Below are positions 18,701 through 28,620 of a stretch of DNA of 64,000 nt, piece after piece. Made by a program: the position numbers and the translations under genes. The DNA comes from a bacterium. Its GTDB lineage: Bacteria > Patescibacteriota > Microgenomatia > UBA10105 > UBA927. Below the pieces are notes generated by a model, which saw only the letters and a list, made by a program, of their open reading frames with translations, was not told the origin of the DNA and did not search any database. The DNA is taken from assembly GCA_021817785.1 (NCBI GenBank), contig JAKAFY010000003.1, positions 4,376-68,375 on the forward strand, read 5' to 3'. Positions within the stretch are counted from its first letter, which is position 1. Every line of letters begins with the position of its first letter.

Positions 18701-20128
18701 ATGAAAAAACTACTCTTATTTTTCTTCATCTTCGCCGTCCTTTTGGGCATTGTGGGATATCTCTGGTACCACCGGGTCACCAATAAAATTTTCGTAAAAT
18801 CCGGCACGCAGAAGGCGGCGGTCAATCTACCCACAACGCTCAAAGGATACTTTGATACCAAAACGCCGTTTACCGTGCTGGTGGCAGGCTACGGCGGGGG
18901 CACCCATGATGGAGCGTATTTAACCGATACCATGATCGTGGTGCACGTAGACCCCAAAACGCAAAAAATATTTTTGATCTCTATCCCCCGGGACATCTGG
19001 ATAAAAATCCCGACCGACGGCACCAACGGCAAATACTGGAAGTTAAACGCCGCGTATACGCTCGGACTGGATAACACGCAGTTTCCGAATAAACTGCCGG
19101 AATTTAAAGGTACAGATGGCGGCGGCAGGCTTGCCGAATATGCGGTGGGGCAAGTGACGGGACTCACCATCCCTTACTTTGTGGGACTCGACTTTTCCGG
19201 GTTTACCCATACGATAGACACCCTGGGCGGCGTGGATATAAACGTCAATCCCGCATTTACCGATCCGGAGTACCCCATAGAGGGCAAGGAGGCGGATTTA
19301 TGCGGACATACGCCGGAAGAGATTCCGGCGCTGGACGCGCAAGTGGCAACGACTGCGGCAGAACTCGTGTATCCCTGCCGGTACGAAACGCTGCATTTTG
19401 ACAAAGGCCTGCAGCATATGGACGGAGCGACTGCGCTAAAGTATGTGCGGAGCCGCCACTCCATGGAGGACGGCACGGATTTTGGCAGGGCACAGCGCCA
19501 GCGCAAACTCATATTGGCAGTCAAACAAAAAGTATTTTCCATAGGATTTGCCTCGCGGGTGATTCCGTTTATTTCTTCGCTGGGGGACGATTTCCGCACA
19601 GATCTGACGCCAGATGACGTCAAAACCATCCTGGAACACGCGACGGAACTCAATGGCTACAGCGTGGATACGATGGCGCTGACCGACCAAAATTATCTGA
19701 CGGACACGTTTTCCGCGGATAACCAGAGCATCCTCGCCTCGATCGACGGACTGGACCGTTGGGACAGCGTACACACGTGGCTTGCCAATACGTTTGCCGG
19801 ATTACCGGTACCCGTGCTTCCTGTGGTGCGCGTGTTAAACGGCACGAAGACCCCCGGTCTTGCCCAGTATGCAACCGACCAGCTGTCCGCCATGTATGTC
19901 CAGACACGGGCTCCGGGCAGCGTAACTGACCACGCGACGCCAAAGACCACGATTACCGTGTATACTCCAAACGTGCCGTCCGACGCTCTTTCCGCGCTTA
20001 TGAAAACATTTCATGTGACCAGCGTAAATATGGCGCAAAGCGGCACGCCGTCTGCGTATAATATAGAAGTCGTCCTGGGAACCGATTACCAGCCTGCCAT
20101 ATCCCCGACTAGCGCGCCTACGCCATAA
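18701..20128 (+). CDS. LCP (LytR-CpsA-Psr) family protein with LytR_C domain
   Basis: TDTMI, SIPRD, IDTLGGV, ALKYVRSR, DFGRAQRQ; VLNGTKTPGLA. Confidence 0.93.
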   Translation: MKKLLLFFFIFAVLLGIVGYLWYHRVTNKIFVKSGTQKAAVNLPTTLKGYFDTKTPFTVLVAGYGGGTHDGAYLTDTMIVVHVDPKTQKIFLISIPRDIWIKIPTDGTNGKYWKLNAAYTLGLDNTQFPNKLPEFKGTDGGGRLAEYAVGQVTGLTIPYFVGLDFSGFTHTIDTLGGVDINVNPAFTDPEYPIEGKEADLCGHTPEEIPALDAQVATTAAELVYPCRYETLHFDKGLQHMDGATALKYVRSRHSMEDGTDFGRAQRQRKLILAVKQKVFSIGFASRVIPFISSLGDDFRTDLTPDDVKTILEHATELNGYSVDTMALTDQNYLTDTFSADNQSILASIDGLDRWDSVHTWLANTFAGLPVPVLPVVRVLNGTKTPGLAQYATDQLSAMYVQTRAPGSVTDHATPKTTITVYTPNVPSDALSALMKTFHVTSVNMAQSGTPSAYNIEVVLGTDYQPAISPTSAPTP

Positions 20129-20144
20129 TGCTATACTGGGAATC

Positions 20145-20567
20145 ATGAGCTGGTTACCGTATGCGCTTCTTTCGGCATTTTTTGCGGCCCTTACGGCAAT
20201 ACTTGCCAAAATCGGCATCAAAAACGTGGATTCCAACCTGGCGACCGCCATACGCACCGTCGTGATTTTGATTTTTGCCTGGGGTATCGTATTTTTCCAG
20301 GGCACGGCAAGCAAACTCGGCGGGATTTCCAAATTTTCGCTGCTGTTTCTCGTGCTTTCCGGCGTTGCCACGGGACTGTCCTGGTTATTCTATTTCCGGG
20401 CCCTGCAGCTTGGGGAGGCAGCCCAGGTATCGCCGGTTGATAAATTAAGTTTAGTCATCACGATCGTCCTGGCAGCGATCATCCTCAAGGAAAAAGTGAC
20501 GCTGTCGATCGTCCTGGGGGCGCTCCTTATGTCTGCGGGCGCGATCCTCGTGGTGCTGGGGAAATAA
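20145..20567 (+). CDS. EamA/DMT family transporter
   Basis: ALLSAFFAALTAILAKIG..V.SNLATAIRT; PVDKLS. Confidence 0.9.
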   Translation: MSWLPYALLSAFFAALTAILAKIGIKNVDSNLATAIRTVVILIFAWGIVFFQGTASKLGGISKFSLLFLVLSGVATGLSWLFYFRALQLGEAAQVSPVDKLSLVITIVLAAIILKEKVTLSIVLGALLMSAGAILVVLGK

Positions 20568-20576
20568 GACGTGTTT

Positions 20577-21218
20577 TTATTTTACGATAATATCGACCGA
20601 TGTGACGTGTACCGGCACGTCCGGCGTAGAATCTTCTCCCGACGCTCCTGCGTGTACCGGAGCCGTCGCGATGGCATCCACCACATCCATGCCCCGGGTG
20701 ACGTTGCCGAAGATGACGTAATTTTTCGGTAAGTCATAATTCGCATGCATGATAAAAAATTGGCTGCCGTTGGTATTGGGCCCTGCGTTTGCCATGGCCA
20801 CGGTGCCACGGGTGTAACTGCCGGTAAACGGTTCGTCGGCAAATCGGTATCCCGGCCCGCCGGTGCCGTCCCCTTTCGGGTCGCCGCCCTGGATCATGAA
20901 TCCTTTGATAATGCGGTGGAATATGGTGCCGTTATAGAATCCCTTGTTGGCAAGATAGACGAAGTTATTGACGGTTTTTGGCGTATCAGTGCTGTGCAGC
21001 GCTATCGTAATATCGCCTTTGTCCGTGTGGAGGACTGCCGTATACGTTTTGGACGTATCGATCGTCATGTCGGGAGGCTGGTCTACGGCAGACGTCGGTT
21101 GTGGTTGGGATGATTTCGGCATAGGTGTTGTATGTTCGGACGCTTTCCCCAGAAATTGCCAGGCCAGGACGCCGCAGGCGATTACCAGGACTATGATCAT
21201 ACCATAGTGGAATTTCAT
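20577..21218 (-). CDS. Cyclophilin-type peptidyl-prolyl isomerase with N-terminal anchor
   Basis: FHRIIKGFMIQGGDP, MANAGPNTNGSQFFI. Confidence 0.93.
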   Translation of the reverse strand: MKFHYGMIIVLVIACGVLAWQFLGKASEHTTPMPKSSQPQPTSAVDQPPDMTIDTSKTYTAVLHTDKGDITIALHSTDTPKTVNNFVYLANKGFYNGTIFHRIIKGFMIQGGDPKGDGTGGPGYRFADEPFTGSYTRGTVAMANAGPNTNGSQFFIMHANYDLPKNYVIFGNVTRGMDVVDAIATAPVHAGASGEDSTPDVPVHVTSVDIIVK

Positions 21219-21296
21219 ACAATATATACTACCGCAGTCGGACGTCGATGAAAAGATTGTATTGTATTCCCATACTATCCCTGTATACTGGGTAGT

Positions 21297-22574
21297 ATGA
21301 GTGAAGTGACCCCGGACGTACGACCTATAGGGCGTTACGAATATCCCACGCATCTCCAATGGAAGGAAACCAATCCGGCAGCTCTAGCGGAATTGGCCGC
21401 GACACTTTCCAAACACGATCTCAAACTTCCGGATCCATTGGTCGCTATGCGGGGAGGCGGCATGATGGAACCCGTAACCAATGATCTGGCGCCCCGGTAC
21501 AAAGCATTTCTGTCTAATGACCGGCCCATTGCCGTGCTACCCGTCAAGGAAGAAGCGGGCGGGAAACTTACGGATGTCGTACATTTCCCCGCGAAAAAGG
21601 AAGGCGGCGCTATCCGATTTGACGCAAATCTGGCAGCCTATAAATTTCATGTCGGGCAGTATGTGTACGAACACTGGGACAAAGCGAACGGTCCCCCGCC
21701 GCTGACCCAAGTGCGGGCAGTCGATGAATTGCCGGACGGCAGGTTTGTCACCATAGACCGGCACCGGCCGTATCTGCGCGGCATAGGCAAGGGATCGGGA
21801 ACACTGGGCATGCACGAAATGGATACGGCTCGCATCTCGCCGCAGGAAACAAGACAACTGGTACACGTGCTGGATGCCCTGCACCCTACCGTATCGGATT
21901 TCCGCACGTGGCTGTCCGATAAACAACTGGCGCTGCCCCAGGAAAGCCTGTTACACGAACACAATCCGCTGACTGCCCTGCGCGGCCAGGAATGGTGGAT
22001 AGACCCCGATGCCGGCATGGACCGGTTGCGGGAACTCGGGGCTAAAGCGGAGACGCTCCAAAAGGAATTCAGCGCGATAGATCCCGCATTTCATGCCAAA
22101 GATGCCGTCGAACAGATGATTCACAATAATGTTGGCATCTTCCCCCACCGTGACGGACACACAGATACGGCGGCTCAGGTAGCGAGTCTGCATGTCGTCC
22201 ATGGAACGCTTTACCCGGATAATATCCACAGATCGCAAACCCCGGACCGCATGAAAACGTACGTTACCGTGACCGGCGGCGACCGCGCGCACATAGGACT
22301 GGCCGGAGAATCCATCGACTGGCTCGTGTCGGCAGCTGCCGAATCCCCGGCACACCAGGAAGCGTTGATTTCCGAATTTCTGACACTGCATCCGACCGAC
22401 ACGGACAAACGCGGACTTGCCATGCATGTCCTCTACCGGACGCTTTCAGAAGCATCCTGGTTTGCCTCCCAGGGAAAAACCGCGGAACTTTCCAACCTCA
22501 CCAAATTAAGTTATGACATCATGAATGGTAACGGCGTCTGGCAGGGTGTGAATACGCCGTATAGCAGTTCATAG
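21297..22574 (+). CDS. Hypothetical protein, possible APH/kinase-like fold with degenerate catalytic motifs
   Basis: LDALH..., VVHGTLYPDNI resembles HGDxxxxN. Confidence 0.6.
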   Translation: MSEVTPDVRPIGRYEYPTHLQWKETNPAALAELAATLSKHDLKLPDPLVAMRGGGMMEPVTNDLAPRYKAFLSNDRPIAVLPVKEEAGGKLTDVVHFPAKKEGGAIRFDANLAAYKFHVGQYVYEHWDKANGPPPLTQVRAVDELPDGRFVTIDRHRPYLRGIGKGSGTLGMHEMDTARISPQETRQLVHVLDALHPTVSDFRTWLSDKQLALPQESLLHEHNPLTALRGQEWWIDPDAGMDRLRELGAKAETLQKEFSAIDPAFHAKDAVEQMIHNNVGIFPHRDGHTDTAAQVASLHVVHGTLYPDNIHRSQTPDRMKTYVTVTGGDRAHIGLAGESIDWLVSAAAESPAHQEALISEFLTLHPTDTDKRGLAMHVLYRTLSEASWFASQGKTAELSNLTKLSYDIMNGNGVWQGVNTPYSSS

Positions 22575-22612
22575 TTCATCGTTCATAGTTCATAGGCAAC
22601 AGCTCGCAGATA
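22564..22612 (+). repeat. Heptamer tandem repeat (ATAGTTC-like)
   Basis: gcagttc atagttc atcgttc atagttc ataggca acagctc, overlapping the stop codon at 22572-22574. Confidence 0.6.
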
Positions 22613-22706
22613 ACGCGAGAGAAATAATACCGAAGACAGGATATTTGGTTTCGCCGCAAATTTCCCCCTTGCGCCGGACCCATGGTTTCCGTTTAAATAG
22701 GTAGAT

Positions 22707-23165
22707 ATGGATAACACACCTGATGCGTCTTCTGTCCCCGATACAACTATGTCCGCAGCGCCTTCCGAAACGGTCAGCGCCGATACCGTGTTGGAGCTGG
22801 AGTCGATGATCAAACAGGGCATGACGACGATCGACCGCAATAAGTCGGAACTCAAAAAATTAAAGGAAATGATGGAAAGTGCGCTGTTAAACGATGAGCC
22901 GTACCGCACCGCCGCAGAAAAAGCGAAAGAAGCCGCCAAAGAAAAAGGGAAAGCAAAAATGAACGTGATGAGCGTGCCAGCCAACAAACAGCTTGAGGAA
23001 AAGATCAAGGACCTCACCCAGGAAAACAAGGATTTGGCGGGCGCCCAGTCCGAATACCTCCGGGAATATGCCCGATTGTCCGGCACCAACGAGATAGAAG
23101 GCGAAGACGGAGAGGTACGCGAAATCATCTATGTCGCCAAACTCGTCAAAAAAGCAAAGCGCTAA
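22707..23165 (+). CDS. Coiled-coil hypothetical protein
   Basis: 152 aa, E/K-rich heptads. Confidence 0.75.
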   Translation: MDNTPDASSVPDTTMSAAPSETVSADTVLELESMIKQGMTTIDRNKSELKKLKEMMESALLNDEPYRTAAEKAKEAAKEKGKAKMNVMSVPANKQLEEKIKDLTQENKDLAGAQSEYLREYARLSGTNEIEGEDGEVREIIYVAKLVKKAKR

Positions 23166-23839
23166 AGCGTAAAACTGCGACGTTTCGTGACCAGATACAG
23201 TTCTTCTTTAGGCATCTTCTGCCACCTGGCGGTCACCCGCAGGACGTCTTTCATCTGGGTATCGTGACAGCGAGCTGCGGCAATCTTTGTATCCAACACG
23301 TCGGAGATGTCCACGATTAGATCTACGTCTTTCCGCTCAAATCCCGGAGGGAAGTAGATAAAATAGTCGGCCATGGCATCGCTTGCCGTTTTGGTGGCCA
23401 CGTTATACAAAATCGCATCGATAAACGGAAGGTTTCTATAGACAAAACTGGCAATCATGGACACGGCCACATGATCCAGATGCCCGGACACACCGCGGTT
23501 TTCCATGGTGATAATAAACGTCGGATGGATTTCTTCTGCAAGCCTGGTCATTTTTTCCGCGATCTCGTGATACAGATTATTGGAAAGCGAGCCGTCCTGG
23601 TAGTTGAAAAAATGTACCTTTTTCACGCCTAAAATCGCGGCAGATTTTTTCAACTCTTCTTTGCGGATGGGTCCGAGTTTGGCCCCCATGGCGTGGAATC
23701 TGCTGTCGGACGCCCCGTCGGTGACGCACACCAGGTGTACGTCATAACGGCCGGAAATTTTGGCAATAAGCCCGGACGGACCGAATGCTTCGTCATCGGG
23801 GTGTGCCGTCACTACCAGTACCGTCTTTTTGGTCGCCAT
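23162..23839 (-). CDS. PIG-L family deacetylase
   Basis: AHPDDE, VTDG, GHLDH, CHDTQ. Confidence 0.9.
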   Translation of the reverse strand: MATKKTVLVVTAHPDDEAFGPSGLIAKISGRYDVHLVCVTDGASDSRFHAMGAKLGPIRKEELKKSAAILGVKKVHFFNYQDGSLSNNLYHEIAEKMTRLAEEIHPTFIITMENRGVSGHLDHVAVSMIASFVYRNLPFIDAILYNVATKTASDAMADYFIYFPPGFERKDVDLIVDISDVLDTKIAAARCHDTQMKDVLRVTARWQKMPKEELYLVTKRRSFTL

Positions 23840-23857
23840 GTACGTTATAATACAGGG

Positions 23858-24787
23858 ATGGATGTCTTTTCGCAATTCACGCCCGGCCTTGCTGTTGCCT
23901 GGCAGGACGCCCTGGCACACGAGCGTGCTGCATATCCGTTTTATACCGATGCGTGGCATACGCAGTGGTTTGCGTCACTGGGTACGGGCGAACAGCCCAT
24001 GATACTTGCGGACGTACCGACGCATACCCTCATCCCGCTCGCCGTCAAGGACGGCCACGCACACTTTAGCGGGGGCGAGGAGATAGCGGACTATCTGGAT
24101 GCTGTGGGGTCGGAAGCCGCAAAGGCTGCCATCTGGCAGAAAGCGTTGGGTATTATAAAAATGCAGGGTGCGACCCAGCTGGTGTTGCGTAACATCCCGG
24201 AGGACTCCGAAACGCTTTCGTTTTTCCGGTCCGTCTCCGGCGCCGCCATAGAACAGGAAGATACGACGCCGCGTCTTTCTTTGCCGGACACCTTTGATGC
24301 ATATACTGCCTCGCTCGGGCGCAAAGACAGGCACGAACTCCGGCGCAAGCTCAGAAAATTTGAAGCCGCGTATCCCGGAAACGCCATTACAGTCGCAGCC
24401 GGGGAAGATACGGACATGATGCAGCTCATGTCGCTCATGGCACGCGATGAGGACAAACAGGCATTTTTGACTGATGCCATGAAGCAATTTTTTCAGAACC
24501 TGCCGGATACTGTAGGCCACGCACTTACTCAGCACACGCTTTCGCTTGACGGCAATGCGATCGCCACTGCCGTTTCGTTTCATACCGGCGATGCGTTACT
24601 TTTATATAACTCCGGTTACAATGCTGACTACGTAGGAGCCGGATTGTACCTGAAAACGAAAATGATCGAATGGGCCATAGCCCAACACATACATACCTAC
24701 AATTTTCTCCAGGGCAACGAGCGGTACAAATATGAGCTTGGCGGCAAAGATTTTTTCGTCTACCGTGTCACCTACACGCTGCGATAA
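23858..24787 (+). CDS. GNAT-family protein (FemAB-like)
   Basis: ADYLD, RHELRRKLRK, YNSGYN, YNFLQGNERYKYELG. Confidence 0.85.
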   Translation: MDVFSQFTPGLAVAWQDALAHERAAYPFYTDAWHTQWFASLGTGEQPMILADVPTHTLIPLAVKDGHAHFSGGEEIADYLDAVGSEAAKAAIWQKALGIIKMQGATQLVLRNIPEDSETLSFFRSVSGAAIEQEDTTPRLSLPDTFDAYTASLGRKDRHELRRKLRKFEAAYPGNAITVAAGEDTDMMQLMSLMARDEDKQAFLTDAMKQFFQNLPDTVGHALTQHTLSLDGNAIATAVSFHTGDALLLYNSGYNADYVGAGLYLKTKMIEWAIAQHIHTYNFLQGNERYKYELGGKDFFVYRVTYTLR

Positions 24788-24900
24788 TATCCGTCAACGC
24801 ATGAGAAAAATGCGTTAAAATACACAAAGATAATCCTGAATCCTGCTATGCCACCTTCTTACAAGCCATAATTTTTACCCGAAATGATATAATCTGATAT

Positions 24901-25215
24901 ATGGGCAAGTACCCTGATTCTGAATTGTTCATACTACCTGATGGCTTAGTACCACCTTTCTTATGCATCGCAGATAAGTATGGGGTACTACTAGGAGCGT
25001 TTGCCGGCAGACCGGGTGATCGGATTACTCTAGAGGGGCGCCAACGGCGCATTAGAAAAGGACACATAGCCCTTGCCATGCAAATAAATCCTGATGATAT
25101 GACCGGAATGCGCATTCTTAAAGCTGCTGTTTATTATATCGCACACCCCTCAAAACCTCCGACGGTTCTCTACAAAAACCATGAATATACACATCATCCT
25201 GCACGAATCATTTGA
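24901..25215 (+). CDS. Hypothetical protein
   Basis: 104-aa ORF with TATAAT just upstream; 3' end overlaps the next gene. Confidence 0.4.
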   Translation: MGKYPDSELFILPDGLVPPFLCIADKYGVLLGAFAGRPGDRITLEGRQRRIRKGHIALAMQINPDDMTGMRILKAAVYYIAHPSKPPTVLYKNHEYTHHPARII

Positions 25216-25891
25216 AGCGCCTGGGGCCATCGCGACGTGGGCCGGAAGCCGCGGCCACTCGATAACATATACGCGTTTATATGATAAAGAGCATCTTCCG
25301 AAGGATGCTTCTGGTTTTGATTTTCTTGTGATCATGGGCGGGCCGCAGTCACCTGCTACTACAACAGATGAGTGCTCATATTTTGATGTAAAAAAAGAAA
25401 GTGCACTCGCAAAAAATGCAATTAATAATGGCAAATATGTATTTGGCGTCTGCCTCGGAGCTCAAATCATCGGAGAAGCACTTGACGCCATATTTGACCA
25501 CAGCCCGAATCGAGAAATCGGATTTTTCCCAATTGCACTTACTGAAGTGGGCAAGAATGACCCGTTACTTCAAGGATTTCCTGATACGTTTGTCGTCGGC
25601 CACTGGCACGGCGATATGCCTGGGCTCACGTCGACCTCTCAAATACTGGCAACCAGTGTCGGGTGCCCGAGACAAATCGTTCGGTACACACCAAAGGTCT
25701 ACGGGTTCCAGTGTCATTTAGAATTTACGTCAGAATCTATTGAGGGCATGATAGCAAACAGCGGCAAAGAGTTGTCTGACAACGCGGGATTGCCGTATGT
25801 CTGGCCTGCGGCAAAACTCCGGGGGCATGGTTGCAAACCCATGAATGAGCTTTTGTTTACTTTCCTCGACCGGCTTACCCAACAACCATAA
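25181..25891 (+). CDS. Class I glutamine amidotransferase-like protein
   Basis: MGGPQS, GVCLGAQ, WHGD, FQCHLE. Confidence 0.9.
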   Translation: MNIHIILHESFEAPGAIATWAGSRGHSITYTRLYDKEHLPKDASGFDFLVIMGGPQSPATTTDECSYFDVKKESALAKNAINNGKYVFGVCLGAQIIGEALDAIFDHSPNREIGFFPIALTEVGKNDPLLQGFPDTFVVGHWHGDMPGLTSTSQILATSVGCPRQIVRYTPKVYGFQCHLEFTSESIEGMIANSGKELSDNAGLPYVWPAAKLRGHGCKPMNELLFTFLDRLTQQP

Positions 25892-25938
25892 AGGAATGCT
25901 CTGGCACGCACGATCGCGCTTTGCTATAATTGCTCCAT

Positions 25939-26010
25939 GGGTCGGTAGCTCAATGGTAGAGCAGTAGCCTTTTAAGCTATTGGTTCTGGGTTCGAGCCCC
26001 AGCCGACTCA
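25939..26010 (+). tRNA. tRNA-Lys(TTT)
   Basis: Acceptor GGGTCGG/CCGACTC, anticodon loop CT-TTT-AA, GGTTCGAG; no encoded CCA. Confidence 0.93.
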
Positions 26011-26192
26011 CTAGATAAAATATGCCGCCTTGTGTGGCATATTTTATATAATGCATTGGGGCGAGATGTTTATCCCGCCAAGCGGGAAGCCCCAGCCGAC
26101 TCACAAAAATTTATAGTCGCAACGCTTATCCGGTCGAATAATAGTATACATACACGACCGACTTATATAATCCATTAAAACTCATCTTCGTT

Positions 26193-26435
26193 ATGCCAAA
26201 AGTTACAGTTGAAATACCATCAAATTTAAGAAGCGTGCTACAAACGCTCGGCATCGAGGTCGACCAAAATAAACCAGTAACATGTCGCGATCCATCCTGC
26301 AGATTGCGAGGATGCCGTTTGGTACGACAAATGGTTGAAGAGTTTTCACACGCAAAGGGTCTGAAAAACCAGCGGAGTTTTCTTTTGAGTCTTCGTGATG
26401 CTGCACGCGAAGACAATTGTGAGGTTATTTCCTGA
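26193..26435 (+). CDS. Small hypothetical protein
   Basis: 80-aa Cys-containing ORF, TATAAT upstream. Confidence 0.4.
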   Translation: MPKVTVEIPSNLRSVLQTLGIEVDQNKPVTCRDPSCRLRGCRLVRQMVEEFSHAKGLKNQRSFLLSLRDAAREDNCEVIS

Positions 26436-26535
26436 TTAAACTTGCAAGAAGTTGACGCATTTACGCGTAATACACCTCAGGTCAAAGACTTGCGTCGAGA
26501 CAAAATATCTCCGTCTACAACCCTATAATATTTCC

Positions 26536-27399
26536 AAGGACAGTCTTCCATAAGGACAGTCCCTGACGGCGCTGGGTATGCGCAGATTTTGTAATCTACC
26601 ATACTGAACCAATTGATCATCGCTGGTATGATAGTATGTGTCACGCAAAAAAAGGAAAAAGAATATATCACTACCGCGGAGCATACTGACCCGCCTGGGG
26701 CTTACAGCCATAGGGACAGGTATGGCCATCCTCATCGGATCAAACGTACTTTCTGTCCCCTCCTCTACCGCGATCTCCGCCTTTGACGGCGATACCTTTG
26801 TCACCAAAGAAAAGCAGTACATCCGGCTTTCGGGAATCGACGCGCCGGAGACGGGTCGCTGCGGCAGCACCGAAGCCAAAAAGGCACTGGAATCGCTAGT
26901 CATCGGAAAACCGCTGTATATCAAAGTTCTCTACCACACCGGCGCCCGGAGCAACGGATTAGTCTACGGCAAATCCGGACTCGTAAACGCCGAAATGCTG
27001 CGGCAGGGCTGGGCTATATACAATGATCGGGACAACGTGGATCTGCCGGAGCTGGCCAAAGCCACCAAAGAAGCGCGGGAGAACAAGCGCGGGATATTTA
27101 GCAGTCTGTGCACCCAAACGGTAAACGCCGAAAAACCATCCTGCGACATAAAGGGGAATGTCCTGGAAAACGGGGACAAACGGTACCACCTGCCTAGCTG
27201 CGCGTCCTATGCTGCGACGGTCGTCCAGCTGTATAACGGGGACACATGGTTTTGCACGGAGACGGACGCAAAAAAAGCTGGGTTTACTAAATCCGATCGG
27301 TGCTTTCCGTAACAAGCCTATCTGTAAATATCACATTGAACCACTCGTAACTGCACAACAATTTCTACAGGGACAGTCCCCTACAAGGACAGTCCCTGA
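26536..27399 (+). repeat. Direct-repeat doublets of GGACAGTC (26536-26566, 27369-27399)
   Basis: Each locus has two GGACAGTC 16 bp apart and ends AAGGACAGTCCCTGA. Confidence 0.75.
26638..27312 (+). CDS. Thermonuclease (SNase) family protein with Cys-rich C-terminal domain
   Basis: DGDT, IRLSGIDAPE, VNAEMLRQGWA; CDIKGN..YHLPSC..WFCTE..AKKAGF. Confidence 0.9.
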   Translation: MSRKKRKKNISLPRSILTRLGLTAIGTGMAILIGSNVLSVPSSTAISAFDGDTFVTKEKQYIRLSGIDAPETGRCGSTEAKKALESLVIGKPLYIKVLYHTGARSNGLVYGKSGLVNAEMLRQGWAIYNDRDNVDLPELAKATKEARENKRGIFSSLCTQTVNAEKPSCDIKGNVLENGDKRYHLPSCASYAATVVQLYNGDTWFCTETDAKKAGFTKSDRCFP

Positions 27400-27752
27400 A
27401 GCAAAGATCTTTGCGACGGCTATGGCTACTATCTTCCCCATCTTGGAATTCATAGACCAACCCAACTTTCTCAGCCTCTGCAAAGATTTGGCTACCAAAT
27501 AGCGTCATACGCTACGCCCGTCGTACGATACGCCGTTTATTCGGCAGCTATCCTACTACGAAGTCGTAAGCTGATCGAAAGCATGATGAAAAACTTCACA
27601 AATATAAAGCAGGATAAATGATTTTGATGGACAAGCCCGTTAACTTCCATTATGAACTCACCCTTATCAGGTGTGCTTTCTGTCACTGTTGCTTACACTA
27701 TAGCCACCATCATTCTGACGATTTATAGCATTACCGCTTCATTATAAGAAGT

Positions 27753-28229
27753 TTACCCATCATGAGAGCTAGGCGTACGCAGAGAAAGAATTTTTTGGAT
27801 AAGCAGGAGGTCTTTTTCCCGGATGATCGGCAGATTTTCAAACGTAAAAAACTTCGCATTCACAACTTCTGTCGAGGGGGTAAATGTCCCACCAATAAAG
27901 GCACCGATATAGACAATGTCTAGTCGAGCTGTTTCTCGGTCTGTGCGGATGTTATACCGGGTATCAGCGCTTATAACCAATCCGGTTTCTTCTTTAACTT
28001 CCCGCTCCAACCCTTCTTTGGGATGTTCTTTCGCTTTGATATAGCCCCCGGGCAGACCCCAGGAAACCGCACGGTAGCTGTGTTTGAACAAAAGCACTTC
28101 GTGTTTGTCGTTAAAAATCACACCGGTCACCCCTACCAAAAATTGATCCTGGAACACCCTCATGAGCATAAGCTGAAGGTTTTTGGGCAAATGAAGTGCT
28201 TTCCACAGTTTGGCGAGTAAGCTACTCAT
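27753..28229 (-). CDS. NUDIX hydrolase
   Basis: WGLPGG...EREVKEETGL. Confidence 0.9.
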   Translation of the reverse strand: MSSLLAKLWKALHLPKNLQLMLMRVFQDQFLVGVTGVIFNDKHEVLLFKHSYRAVSWGLPGGYIKAKEHPKEGLEREVKEETGLVISADTRYNIRTDRETARLDIVYIGAFIGGTFTPSTEVVNAKFFTFENLPIIREKDLLLIQKILSLRTPSSHDG

Positions 28230-28579
28230 AGCGACTCATCGTCGGTGTCTTGTTCCCCATTTTTTGCCCTGAGCTTGGTATTGTCCAATTCCAATTCGTG
28301 GATGCGTTTCGTCAACTCGACGATTTCTTTTTTCTTCTCAGAAAGTTCTTTTTCCTTTTTGCCGAAGGCAAACATCCCGGGGATGGATTTAAAAAAATAG
28401 AAAAGCGAGGTAAAAATAATGCCGATGCCAAAGGATGCTAAAACGACGAAATACATGGGGATACTGGAAAGCGTGGATATACCAAAATGGACGGAAACCA
28501 GCGACGTATTCATCGTGGCAAAGTACCCGAAGAGTAGTCCAAATGCGATAAACAGCATCAGAGCTATCATAGAATTCAT
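28226..28579 (-). CDS. LapA-like membrane protein
   Basis: Two TM helices with FA..N...V motif plus coiled-coil tail. Confidence 0.7.
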   Translation of the reverse strand: MNSMIALMLFIAFGLLFGYFATMNTSLVSVHFGISTLSSIPMYFVVLASFGIGIIFTSLFYFFKSIPGMFAFGKKEKELSEKKKEIVELTKRIHELELDNTKLRAKNGEQDTDDESL

Positions 28580-28620
28580 TCTACCATACCCGTATACCCG
28601 TAGCCTACATGACGCACGTA

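Noticed and set aside
27400-27750. Gene remnant in the non-coding gap
   Set aside because: No convincing ORF or motif on either strand by eye.
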